NCBI GenBank assembly: GCA_000165425.1
Contig: CT868655.1
Location: 310,001 to 363,622, forward strand
Direction: 5' to 3'
Length of the DNA: 53,622 bases
DNA from: Paramecium tetraurelia
Lineage: Eukaryota
Below, piece by piece: positions 1 through 12,759 of the stretch. The translations under genes were made by a program, and so were the position numbers. A model generated the notes under the pieces. It did not search any database and was not told the DNA's origin. It saw only the letters and a list, made by a program, of their open reading frames with translations. Position 1 is the stretch's first letter. Every line of letters begins with the position of its first letter.

Positions 1-221
1 TCTTTGTAATGGTCTTAGGCTTATTGATCAAAGAATTCAAAAGGTACTAATATTTTGTAAGACTTCACAATTCAAAAGATGTATACCATCAATAAAGCGG
101 GAGTTAGGCACAACCTACTCACGACATCTATGCTTTAAACTCATTTGATAGTCCATTGAAGGTGAACAAGCATATTTACGTACCTTCCATTCCTGTATAA
201 AATGACTAAAAGATTGAATGA
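1..221 (+). CDS. 3' end of a gene (partial); hydrophobic segment then cytoplasmic tail, probably a single-pass membrane protein
   Basis: Ciliate-code frame from base 3 reads FVMVLGLLIKEFKRYQYFVRLHNSKDVYHQQ...PVQNDQKIE, TGA at 219-221. Confidence 0.6.
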
Positions 222-249
222 AAATATAAAATTAAATAATTTTAATTGC

Positions 250-1991
250 ATGCTAATCATTCTCCAACTCTTGGTTTATCAAATCTATTCTGAATCTATC
301 TATTCTGAATCTATCTAGATTCTAACCAAGCAAGAAGCAATCTTAGATGTCTTCAGTTCATCCGAAGTAATCCTAGAACAACATTTGAATGATTAAAAAT
401 TATGCCAAATTGTCCCTTAGCAATTGGTGGCTCATGATATTGATGATAACTCAATAACCTTGATTGACAGCTACAAGGATGAAATATTTAGTTAGAACTT
501 TGAGATTGGCTCCTTTATAGGGAGTATAGGAAGAATTATTAGATTTGTGCAAATCACCAATGGTGTACTGGTGTTATTGGATGATGCAGAATTGAAATAC
601 TTAAGTTATCGCAATAACTCGTTTCAAGTGAAATCCTCTTTCAAAATAGAAATTGAGAAATTTGCATTGGAAGGCAAGGTATTCTTGGAATATTTCTATT
701 ACCAATAATAAGTGCTATTGATAGCCAATACCTAAACAATTGCCTTGGATTTGATTTATGACGATGATGATCTGTACATAAAGTAATACAGAATTTATGA
801 GCAATGGCAAATCTCACACATCAATAGCATTGCAACAGTGGGTAATATTATGATTGTAGCCATGGATACTGGGATAAAGATGTTTGAGTTGAAAGATCAT
901 ATGTTAAATGAGATATTAATTGCAATTGACTAGATTAATCGTGTTTCTGATATCAAGATCTTCAATCAAAAGAATAATGAGATATACTACATTTATTTGC
1001 TAGATAAGATCTAAGGAATTAATCAATATATATTCAATACGGTTACATAAGAACTTTAACGTAATCTGAATTTGGGTATTATACCTTATCCAGGAGAAAT
1101 CCTTGACATTCATGGCGATATCTTGATGGTTGTGAAGGACTACAATTTATTTGAAATCCATGTCGATTATTATTTGAGTCAATTCACACTTTTTAAATAG
1201 CATTAGTTAGAAACAGAAATAGTAGACATAGAATTGACTGAATAGTTTGCTATTGTAATTGGTAGGAATGGCCATCAAATAGTGTTTCACTCGATTCCAC
1301 CCATTTATTCTTAATTTGAATGGATGAATCAATTAGTCATACCGAATTTGAAACAGCTGAGCATTTTGTCCTTTAATAAAGATACTTAACTCAAAGAGGC
1401 AATTTCTAAGAACATCATCATTGGAATCACATAACATAAATTCTTTTACTCGAAGGTGCAATTGGTAAGCATCTCATTAATTTCTAATAGGAACAATCTT
1501 TCATTTAATGTTACTCAGATGAAGCCACCTCCAAAATCGAATTGCATTATACGCATAAGGCTACGAGATGTAAAACCAATTTGAAAAAGAAGGAATGCAA
1601 CTTAGATAAAAGTTATTAAATCTAATTTGTAGAACCTAAAGAGTTTGGAGGAAATAAGCAAACTTATTTTCTAATTGTATTGCTTTACTTGGCAATATTG
1701 TTACTATTTATTTTATTTATCGCTTCCCTAATTTATCTCTATAAGAAGTACCATGTTGAACCTCAGCCAAAATTCCACTAAAAAATACCTGAAACAACTG
1801 CTTAAAATTTGGGGACTGATCATCCTAACAATTATTAATTGGCAACATAGAACAAGTTTGTCCCTCACTCCAGAGATGATCAAACCCCAATTTCTGAATA
1901 GCGGGATCAGATGAACCAAAAACTTCATAACAATAGACCAGTTACACAAGAGAATTGTGATTAATCTCCTGGCCCTTTTGAAATCGGTTGA
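250..1991 (+). CDS. Type I membrane protein of unknown function (signal peptide, large ectodomain, C-terminal TM helix, cytoplasmic tail)
   Basis: ATG 250 gives MLIILQLLVYQIYSES...; one 26-nt intron 1465-1490 (gtaagc..taatag); TM segment YFLIVLLYLAILLLFILFIASLIYLYKK; TGA 1989-1991. Confidence 0.8.
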
Positions 1992-2062
1992 ATAAAAATT
2001 ATATTTGTTTCTATTTTAAGTATATTATTGTGCAATTCTAATTATATATATATAAATATTAT

Positions 2063-5000
2063 ATGTCAACCACGTTAAAAGCGTTAGGCGTAGAAGTCTT
2101 AAGTTTCACCAAATCTCGATAAGAAGAAGCAGTCCACACCCAGTCTTCCTTAAGAATTACTCCATTTCTTCGGATTGATTCCGAAACGTTCGATTGGAGT
2201 ACGATCATTGCCAAGCCTGAACTCATCTCAATCAAAGGCAAAAAGCACGAATCATATGTAAATGCAGAAACTATGGAAGAAGACTTATTGTAAGGCGAAG
2301 CATAATGGCCAGTATAGTATTTCATAATTATTCAAATTAGTATGCAGAAAACTCCCTTTACTTGTTTTCCTCATTGAGTCCTTTTAGGCTGAGTCTGTTG
2401 CAGACACTGAGTTCTTAGAAATTAGTCAACTTTATGAGATTAATTACGATAATAAATGTGGCAGCGGTTTGTGCCTATGATTATCAATCCAGAATAGAAT
2501 CGGAAGATTACGAAAGGAATAGGATTTGTACAACACTGGAGATAGTGTGCAACACATTGTTTGGCTTAGAATGCTTGGGTTAGATAATCGTTTAAGGATT
2601 TGTGTTTGGAAAGAATACTTATTTAAAGTCATGGTGGAATATTGCTAATTTTGCAACATTCATATCCACATGGGCAATTTTAGGTCATATCAACAGTAGC
2701 AATCAACTCGTCCACATCTTGAGAGTCATAAGAATCTTTAGAGCCCTCAGATTAATTCAAGATTCAAAAACACTAAAGAAATAGTTGGATGCCTTCATAG
2801 GTAGTTTTTAAAGACTAGGACCAATTCTAGTACCATTATTGTTTGTTGTTTTGTATTACAGCATTATTGGATTGCATTTATTTATGGGAGTCACTGAATA
2901 TAGGTGTAGAGAAACACCAGAACCTGAGGATGGAAAATGGATAGCAGTGGAAGACATAAAGCATTTGTGTGGAATATGGGACTGTCCAGAAGATACATAT
3001 TGTGGTTCATTGGCTGATCATGGGTTACCCAGAGACTTATAAGAAAACAGATATGAATAATTTGGATTTGGATTCATAAGATTTGATGATTTCTTTTACT
3101 CCTTATTTGTTGTCTTCACTTTCCTTACTATTATTGGATGGTCAGGAACAACCTTTATGTTTTGGAGAGCCATGACAACATACGTTACTGCATTTTATTT
3201 TGTTTCATTAATTTTCATTTTGTATTCCTAATCCATTTTATTTTAGAGCTTACTTGTTATCCAATCTACTTTTGGCATCATTTTACGAATCCTTTATGGT
3301 GTTAAGTTCAATTAAATAGAATAAGAATTCAGACAATGAGCAAGAAGCTCTAGAGAATGAGATCAAGAAGAAGAAGCAATAATAGATGATGACAAGACTT
3401 CAACAATTGAATGATTAGAAGAACAACTAGAAAAGGGTCAAAAAGAGAAAATACGAAGTCTCACTTTATTATGAGGAAGAAGAATAAGAAAATGATATAT
3501 TGGGTGAGAAATTCAAGAAATTTCAACATTTCTCAAATCTCATTGTGAAATCCAACTTGTTTAATTATTTGAGTTGTTCGATGATTTTAATCTCTACGAT
3601 TGTCATCATATCGGATCATCATTCGATTTCAGATGAAATGTATTTAGTTCGTATTAATTTAGTTACGAAAATTTGTTGATTGTAGATTTCATTTGTATAA
3701 TTTATTTCATTGTGGAACTAATCATAACCATATGGGGTATAGGCATGGAATAATTTAAAGAAATAATCGATATTTTTGACACTCTTGTCATACTATCCTA
3801 ATTTATTTTAATAGTGGTACTCTTTTTTTTGGATGAAAATGTCATTATCAATTATAATAATTACGTCAACTTTGTCAAGGCTTTGAAGATGCTGAGATTG
3901 GTATCATCATTTATTCTATAAATAGATGAAATTCCTGTATATTGCCAGAATCTTTTATTCCATTAGTGTTTTGGCACGTTGTCTAGTGCAAACCTTATTG
4001 AAAATTAAGGATTTGATTTTCCTTTTTGTTTTCTTGATCATCATTACTTCTCTATTTGGACAAGAGTTGTTAGCCTATAAAGTGAGATTCGAAGAATTAC
4101 CCAATGGGGAATTAGAGATTTCACATTCAAATGAAGGAATATCTGCTCCCATCAACTATGAGGGATTTGGTAATGCTTTGATGGCTGCTACAAATGTGTT
4201 TTATAACGAGGAATGGCATATAACCATGTTTATTCATGCTTAAAAAATATGGGTCTCTATCTTGTATCACATCATCTCTATCTTGATGGGTTAAGTGTTA
4301 TTTGTGAGACTGTTCCTAGCAGTGTTCTTAAATGAATTTTGCTAGCAGTTAAAAAAGATTGAATAAGAAATAAAACCAATCAATTTCCTATTACATGGTA
4401 AAAAGGTTTTAAATTTTCTCGTTCAATTCATTAAAAAAAGAAGACGATCCAAAATACATTCTTAGGCTCAATTATAATAACAGATCAATCCTTAGCCCAG
4501 ATCATCAGCCAATCCAGCCAGAGTCTCAATGTTTCATAATTTAAATGGAATTAAATTATAAAGATTACCAGAAAGCACTCATAATGAATTGTTAGATCAA
4601 AAGGTTTAGACCCCTTCCAATATATTTTGTACACTTATTGGTTTATAATTAGCAAACAAGGAAAGTATGATAGATCCATTAAAGAAAGAAGATAAGCCTA
4701 CTGAAAAAAACACAGATAAATAAAACCATCCTGAAGAAGATCATATCCAAGATCATAACATCGATGATCATTAGCATGAAGAGGATGTGGATCATGATTC
4801 TAGTTAGGAGGACCATCTAAAATCCCCAGATGAACCCTCTCATCCGGTTTAAGGTAAAAATATAAACAAAAGAACCCAATAAAAGTCTATAAGGAAGACC
4901 AATTCAGAAAGAACTCTATTCATATTTGCGCCTGAATCAGATTTTAGATAATTAGTCACTACTCTCGTAACGAATATCTACTTCAGAATATTCAATTTCA

Positions 5001-7317
5001 CGTTGATTCTTTTGACTTGCATTAGAATCGCATTGTTAAGTCCACTGGAAGATCCAAACTCTGATCTATCTTATGTTCTACAAATAGGGTACATCTTTCT
5101 AACAGTGTTTTACATTTTGGTTATCCTGCTGAATTGCATAGCCTTTGGATTATACAAAACGGAGAAGTCCTTCTTTAGATAATCAGTGTACAATATTTTC
5201 TCATTTGCAATCACCATAGTTGATTTAATAACTTTGATCTTTGACATCTAACACCCATTAAGTAAATTCATTACTTCTCTGAGAATTCTCTAATTTATTC
5301 AGATCGGAGCTGTGTTCTCTTAGAATATAGCATATGCTTAGGCATCCTTGTTGAATGCATTCACTCAAATGATTTAATTAGCTATTTTCTGCATAATTAT
5401 ATTGTCGATCTACGGAATATTTGCCCTGAAAATATTGAAGGGAACAATGTATTATTGTGATGCTTATGATGCTGAGAATAAGGAACATATAAAAACATCG
5501 ACGGATTGCTATGATTACGGGGGATCATGGATAAATCAGATATTGACATTTGACACTATATTTTCAAGCATCTTGACTCTGTTTTGTGTTGCAACATCTG
5601 AGAATTGGATACCCCTCTAAATTTAAGCTTGGAATGCTGTGGGGATTAATAGACAACCCATATCAAGCAACAATAGAACGTTTTCAGTTTATTTTTAGAT
5701 ATTTTTCTTTTTGGGTTTCCTGTGTTTATTAAATATGTTTATTGGGTTGATTGTTAATGCTTATTAAGAGGCTAAGATGAAGGCTTAGAACTTGCATTTA
5801 TTGGATGAAACTCAGAGAGAATGGTTTTAGATTAAGATGTAAATTTATACCATGAAGCCATTGGTTAAGTCTTAGAAGCCGGAGAATGCATTGAGGAAAC
5901 TTCTATTTTTTATGGTCAAGCAAAAATATTTTAAGATTTTTTGGTTGGTAATCATATTTAGTAATACACTTGTTTTGGCACTTCATTTTTAAAGGAGCAG
6001 ATGAAAATTACAAAAATGCTTTGGATGTCATCAATGATATATTTGTGTCTATTTTTGCTTTTGAAATCTTGTGTAGATTCTTTGCTAAAGAAAAGCATTT
6101 ATATTTCAAAGATATATCTAACATCGTCGATATCATAGCTATATGGTGGGCAATTGCAAATCTGTTCATTAAAAATAAGGATGATTACAACTTCTACTTT
6201 AAACGAATATCGAATGCAATATCTGTGGCATATCAACTACAGCGAAATTACCGTATAGTGAAAAGATTCAATAATTTAGAAAAGTTGTTTTCATCTATCT
6301 TCTCAGTGATTCCAAATGCCTTATCGATGCTGTTCATAATGTTCATATTTCTATTCATTTACACCACTTTGGGAATTGATATGTTCGCATTTATTCGCAC
6401 ATAGACAAGTTTGAATGGATGGGATTAGCATTTTCGTAAATTCTCAACTGCGATGTTTGCTTTGATTAAAGTAGCTAGTTCAGAGAGTTGGTGGACAATC
6501 ATGATTGATACTCTGCATGAGTAATCTCCGAATTACGCTTGCAATTACATGTCAACATATGAAGATTTCTTAGTTTATGGTTTCAATGGCTGTGGAACCC
6601 CATACGCCTATCTATACTTTATCTCTTTCCACATAATCTTCTCATTGATGATTTTGAATCTCCTTATAGCCTCTGTGTTGGTAGCTTATGAGGAACACGT
6701 AAAGAGCGAAGAATCAGCAGTCAGTAAATATTAGTTAAATGATGTGCTCTCATTGTGGAGAAACTATGATCCCGAAGGCAAAGGGTTCATAAATTATAAA
6801 GACTTCTGGAAATTGTCATCAGAAATAGCCATTATATTTGGAGTGGCTCAAGATGACCTATTGGATGTGAACAATAAGAAAAACTTTTTGAAGGTGTTGA
6901 ACATTCCCATTTATGAATCAAAGGAATCCAACATGTTATGTTACAAATTTCATGATGTGATCTTATCATTGACCAAGATTTCAGTCACTCTTAAGTATGG
7001 AGTCACAAAGTAATTATTAAGTGTATATCTATTATAGTCTCGAACCAACTGATAAGATAATACAATAGAAGTTGTTGGCTCAATTGGGGGATTTGCAACG
7101 CAAGGATCTTATGAATTAATTCACTCCGACCAGTTTTAACAGTGGTGACATGGTCGCCATTATCTATATCCAAAAGAAATTCAGACTCTGGAAAAAGAGA
7201 GTGTAGGTATTGAGAGAAGGAGGAGATGTTAAGGCTATTTATAATGAAATGTCAGATCTTAAGAATATGATTAAGAAGTAGCTGGAACTTGAAGAATAAC
7301 AGGAAAAGTAAAACTGA
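2063..7317 (+). CDS. Four-domain voltage-gated Ca2+/Na+ channel alpha subunit (atypical filter; one apparent +1 frameshift near 5990)
   Basis: Four 6-TM repeats. DI S4 LRVIRIFRALRL; pore loops LTIIGW, FYNEEW, ATSENW, ASSESW; C-terminal EF-hand (WRNYDPEGKGFI) and IQ motif (IIYIQKKFRLWK). Short GT-AG introns e.g. 3901-3925. TGA 7315-7317. Confidence 0.93.
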
Positions 7318-7359
7318 ATTCATTGATTTTATTTTTAATTGTTTGTTATAATAATTTAA

Positions 7360-8538
7360 ATGGCTGAAGGACATCGATTAGAAATTACTTTAGAGATTTG
7401 AAATCATTCAAAAAATTAGGAAGGTTTCAGGAGGAGTCATTTGGAAGGCGATAGATAGGAAAACTAATAGTGTATTTGAATTCATTGAAATATTGTTAGT
7501 CGCTATTAAAAAGATCGATTATTCAGCTAATCCTTTACACCTTTTGAAATCAATGAGGGAAACAGTCATTCTACAGGAAATTTCAAAACATCCCCAACAT
7601 TATGAAAGTGCTCCAAGTCATTAATAAAGGCAATGATCAATATACTATTTATGACTTTGTAGATATGGATTTGATATCCTTAATCAAAGTCAAGATACTC
7701 CAAACAGTATTAAATCATCACATTCTAATAGAAACACATACAAATAATATTATGCAATATTGTAACTGCTCTTTACTTTATTCATTCTGGAGGACTGGTT
7801 CATCTGAGTTTGACCCCTTCTAAAATATTGGTTGATTCTGAATGCCAGATCAAATTGATAGGGTTTGGATTCTCTCAATTACTTCCGATTAAGGATCCAA
7901 AATACACATGTTTGCATTATCTTCCACCAGAGATCCTATTGTAAGGGAAAGTCAACACATCAGCAGATATTTGGTCATTGGGCTGCATTTTTGGAGAGAT
8001 GTTGTGTCATCACCCATTATTTGTAGGCAATTCCACTTTCAATTAAATCGAAAAGATAGTTGAGCTTATTGGAAAACCTAATGATACCAATCTGAGCGAA
8101 TTAGCACCTTATGTTCTCCAAGGCATATAGCCGGATAGAAAGAAGGCATTCACAAGCATAAGTGACGATTCAACTGCCATTGATTTATTAAAGAGAATGC
8201 TTGTTTTTGAACCACAAGAAAGAATCACTCTAATTGATATTTTAAAGCATCCTTATCTTAGTGAATTCGCCAATAAATGGGAATTAAAGAAAGCCATTGC
8301 TCCCTTTTAAATCGAAGAGAATTCCTTCAAAGAATTTCAGAATGTCTTAAGAGAAAGAGGAAAGAAGGTCGAGTAGCCCTCTATTAATAATTCTTTCAAT
8401 CAATAATTGGACACTAGTAGAAAGAAATCATTTAGAGAATCCACTCCCATTTCTGCGTTGAAATAGAAGACGTCAACCAAGATCAAAGTGAATTCGCCTA
8501 TCCAAAGTCCTAAATATATAGAAGTTATATTAAATTGA
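7360..8538 (+). pseudogene. ERK7/MAPK15-like pseudokinase or pseudogene
   Basis: Kinase subdomains are recognisable (IWKAIDRK, AIKK, HPNIMK, PPEILL, DIWSLGCIFGEM). HRD is HLS, DFG is GFG, and the G-loop and TxY motif are lost. Two +1 frameshifts at about 7369 and 7592-7595. Confidence 0.75.
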
Positions 8539-8613
8539 TGAGAAATAGAGATGAAACTAGTTATATTCATTCACATTAGTCTGCAATTTATATTGTACTT
8601 ATATTATATAATA

Positions 8614-9105
8614 TCAATCTGTATGTTAAGATCCCTTTGTGGCACCAACACCTGGCTTTCCATGTCTTGTTGGTTTATATGTCAATGAAAATTCACCCAA
8701 ATATCTATACGTTTGCATCTCAATATTACCTGCCAATCATGTCAAACTTAATTTCGACATTGCTGAATTATCTACCATTATACACACCTACGATTGAGCC
8801 AACCATTTCTGGGACAACAATTGTATTTCTTTAATGAGTCTTTACTGGTTTTGGCTTCTCTCCTGGTAATGTCTCCTTCTTGGATTTACGAATCTACATA
8901 TATTTATGGTATTCTCTACTTTCTTCATTAAGTTTTAGAAAGCGTGAACTTTCTCACCTTAATTAGAAATTCTTCTTCTTTGTCTTGCTCTGAATTATTC
9001 AACCAATTTATCCATGGGCAATTTAACGAGCTCTTCAAGTTATAATCCTCTGTAGGTGAACTTTTTAACACCCTTGAATTATTTATCTTATGTTTATTCA
9101 GCCAT
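8614..9105 (-). CDS. RPS15: 40S ribosomal protein S15 (uS19)
   Basis: [13 protein letters not shown]...[27 protein letters not shown]...[26 protein letters not shown]; two short introns. Confidence 0.97.
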
Positions 9106-9165
9106 TATTTGAAAAATGAAAATTAAAGATTTTAATATAATCTAAAATAAATAATTATAAATAAA

Positions 9166-10000
9166 ATGCTTGACCTTAAATAATCAAATCAACCCCTCAT
9201 TTATTCATTACCTTAAACATCTCTTGACATCTCAAATCATGAACTCTCCCTATTACATGAATTCTTATCTATATTAAGTTTAAAAAAATGATACGAAAAA
9301 AAATGAATTCTCATTGTATCACTCTGCTAGTATATTATTAGAGATTTTATTTCAATAAGATGGATTAAGAAATTGGATTTCTGTTAATCAAATATGATTT
9401 CTTGATGTGTTCTTTGTGACTCAACAGGTTTCTCTTTAAAACTTAAAACTTAAAATGAAGGAAAATCTTACTCTCAATTTAGAATTCCTTCTTAAATCCT
9501 TTTTCATTTATAAAGAGCCATTAAAAATGATCGATTACAAATCTCATAACATGTAATAATTAGAAATTAAGCCATGCAATATATTTAAAATCTTTGCATT
9601 TATAATATTTTGAAATACTCTCAAACCATTTCATTTGGTTTCCTAAGTAACAAGTAGATTAAAATTAGCACAAATTACTGTATGACAAAATAATATTTCC
9701 AATTACTCTTTAAAGACTACTGGATATTATTCAATTAAGATAAGAAAATTACGAACAATGTTTCAGAATATTCTCTAAAATTATTAATTTTGAAAAAGAA
9801 CAAATGTTGTAATATATATCAAATATAAAATTAGGTAAAAAAATTAAGAGAGATGACTCAGTATGCTTTGTAAAGATTAAATTATGAAGTTGATTTTTAA
9901 TGTATCTATGAATTAGAAAAATGTTGGTTTTGATTAAATCAATAGAGAAATGAGATCTTAGTGATGACGATGATGTCATCATGAACATTAACATGATATA
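9166..10000 (+). pseudogene. Probable decayed gene of unknown family
   Basis: ATG 9166 opens a coding-like frame that is broken by TGA stops and frame switches; gene-sized gap between two intact genes. Confidence 0.3.
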
Positions 10001-10033
10001 TGATTTATTATTGATAATTAATTGATATTTCTT

Positions 10034-11028
10034 ATGGAAAAAGCTATTCTAACATTGGGCCTTGCTTTACTGCTAGGTACTCTATACAATTTGAATTAAT
10101 CTCCTTCTGTTGATTTGAAGCTGAAGTATAATGAATATAAATTGACTTACAATAAACAATACACTGCTGCAGAAGATTAATATAGATTTTAAGTTTATTT
10201 GAAAACCTTAGAAGAAGTCGCACTCAAGAATGCCAGATTGGGTAGATAAGTCTATGGTGAAACCTAATTTGCTGATATTACTGATGAAGAATTCAGAGAA
10301 CAATATTTGACATTAAAATATTCCCCAGAAGAGTATGCAAATGTACCAAGAGAGTCATTCTCACATATTACAGCTGATCCAAAAGAAGTTGATTGGAGAA
10401 ATCTTGGAGCAGTTACTCCAGTCAAGAATCAACTTAAGTGCGGATCATGTTGGACATTCAGCACAACCGGTGTTTTGGAAGGATTTTTCAAAGTTACAAC
10501 AGGTGATTTGCCTTCATTATCTGAATAATAATTGATAGATTGTTCAACCACAGTTGACTTAAACTTCGGTTGTAATGGTGGTATGCCATAAAGAGCTTTG
10601 AATTTTGTTAAAAGAAATGGTTTAACAACAGGAGATAAATATCCATATGTATTTTATAATTTAAATCATTATAGTAAGGAGTATAAGGGGAACAATGTTT
10701 AGTGAAAGGAGGATTATACAAAGTCAATGGATCTAAAGTATTAGATATATCAGAGTGGGCATTGTATCAAGCATTGTAAGTTTAACCAGTGTCTATTGGT
10801 GTTGATGCAGGAACATGGAAGAATTATAAACCAGCTGAAAGAGAGGTCTTTAATTTTGATGAATGTGGAGACAATTTAAACCATGCAGTCTTGGCTGTTG
10901 GTTTTACTCCAACTGCTACAATAGTAAAGAATTCTTGGGCTAACACATGGGGTTCTTCAGGTTACATTTATCTTGAAAGAGGTAAAAATACTTGTGGACT
11001 TTGGAATACCATGGTTGTTCCAATTTGA
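10034..11028 (+). CDS. Papain-family cysteine protease (cathepsin L-like) with signal peptide and I29 prodomain
   Basis: [23 protein letters not shown] (catalytic Cys), NHAVLAVG (His), KNSW (Asn); prodomain [13 protein letters not shown]; one intron at about 10649-10673. Confidence 0.95.
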
Positions 11029-11117
11029 TTAATATTATATAATAATCATTGATGTCCAATTCATTATTGTATTCGAAATGTCTTTAGACTCTCTCTTTTG
11101 ATTTTAATAATTATATA

Positions 11118-11682
11118 ATGAATCAGATTAATCCAGATTAAATCTTATCATCAGAAGAGATCAAGGCAGCGAAGGATGCCTTTGAAGCATATGATAAAAT
11201 GGGCTATGGAACGTTGGAAGTTGAAGAATTGCAAAAAATACTTGAAGAATTTGGACATAAGCCAAGTAAAGAGGAGTTATAATAAATGATTATTTAAGTT
11301 GATGTGAAGAATAAAGGATTTATTGGTAAAAGTGTTAAGTATGATTGAGACTTTGAGGATTTCAAGAGAGCAATAGCAATTTACAAAATCATAGAAGAGG
11401 ATAACGAAGAAGATGACACATGTAAGTTAACAATTATATTTGATAAGTGGATGCTTTTGTGGCTATGGGAGGGAATGCTGATAAAAGTGGAACTGTGGAT
11501 GCAACAAAGTTGATACAAGTAAGGATTATTATTATTTAGATTATTAAATCTGATTTCAAGATGACAATTGATATTGAAGTAAAGATGCATAAATATGTAC
11601 TTAGAGATTGATTAATGAAATGGATCGTGACAAATCAGGTTAGATATCATATTAAGAATTTAAAAACTTACTCTCTGATTGA
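11118..11682 (+). CDS. Calmodulin-like EF-hand protein resembling outer-arm dynein light chain LC4 (18 kDa)
   Basis: AFEAYDKMGYGTL, DTLDAFVAMGGNADKSGTVDATKLIQIIKSDFKMTIDIE, MDRDKSGQISYQEFK; four short introns; TGA 11680-11682. Confidence 0.85.
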
Positions 11683-11788
11683 AAGATGAAGAATATTATA
11701 AATATATATACAAAATGCTTGAGATTTGACTCATATATTTTCTTGATAATTGTATTTAAGAAATAATTATTTGTTTGTTAATTTAACG

Positions 11789-12759
11789 ATGTCGAAGTGG
11801 TTAGACTTGGGTTTGACTTGTACACAAATTAGTTTCAAGACACAACAATCTGTTTCATGTATTGTAACATTCATCAATCCAAGATAGTCCAATGAATTGT
11901 GTCTTCGAACTTGATGGGCGCAAATTGTATTTAGGAAATATCAATGCTGCAAATGACTCCTCTTATCTAAGAAAACATGATGTCGGTGCTGTGTTGTCTG
12001 TCATAGACACCAGTGATATCAAATTGGAAAAGTCAGTTATTCATCTAGTAATTAAATTCATTATCATTTTAGTGGATTGCAGCCGAAGATTGTGAAAAAG
12101 TTCAACTAATAAGATATTTTGATTAGGCCTCTAATTTTATACAGGATAATCTTAGACATACAAATGTGTTAGTTCATTGTTATGCTGGCATATCAAGATC
12201 TAGTTCATTGATTATTGCCTACCTGCTCAAATGCTAAGGTTATTCATTAAAAGAAGCATTAACCAAATTGAAATGTTAGAGACCTTAAGTTGATCCAAAC
12301 GATGGGTTTTTGGAACAATTAAAATAATATGAAGAAAAACTGAAACAAAGCAAAACTCGTCCCAATTCTAGTCTCAATAAAAGTGATAGCAAATATTTAA
12401 GCTTGAGCTCAAGTGTTGAAAAATAATCTTCACTCCCAAAAACTAGATAGAGCATTTCAAACTTCAATATTTATAGTAATCTTAATTCTTAAGTGACTAA
12501 AACTAATATTAGAAATCTTTAATTAACTACAACTGCGATTCCCAAAGCAAAATCAAGCTTTTTAGAAAAAAGTTGTAGTCCTTCTAATATCAACACATAA
12601 AATAACTCAGGAAAGACATTCTTTTCGAATTCGAAGCTTGAAGATCCTTGGAAACAATACTAAAAAATAAAAAATTAAGAAACTACATGGAATAAATCAA
12701 TTTTAGGAATGAAAAATATTTATAGCAATCACAGTAGATAACATTCTTTGAACCATTGA
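11789..12759 (+). CDS. Dual-specificity protein phosphatase
   Basis: LYLGNINAA, WIAAED, catalytic VHCYAGISRS, AYLL, RPQVDPNDGFLEQL; low-complexity tail; TGA 12757-12759. 5' exon boundaries are approximate. Confidence 0.92.

Noticed and set aside
8825..8845. RPS15 has KTHQRN instead of the conserved KTHLRN
   Set aside because: A single-base difference (TAA vs TTA) in a window with other likely consensus errors; cannot be evaluated without reads.
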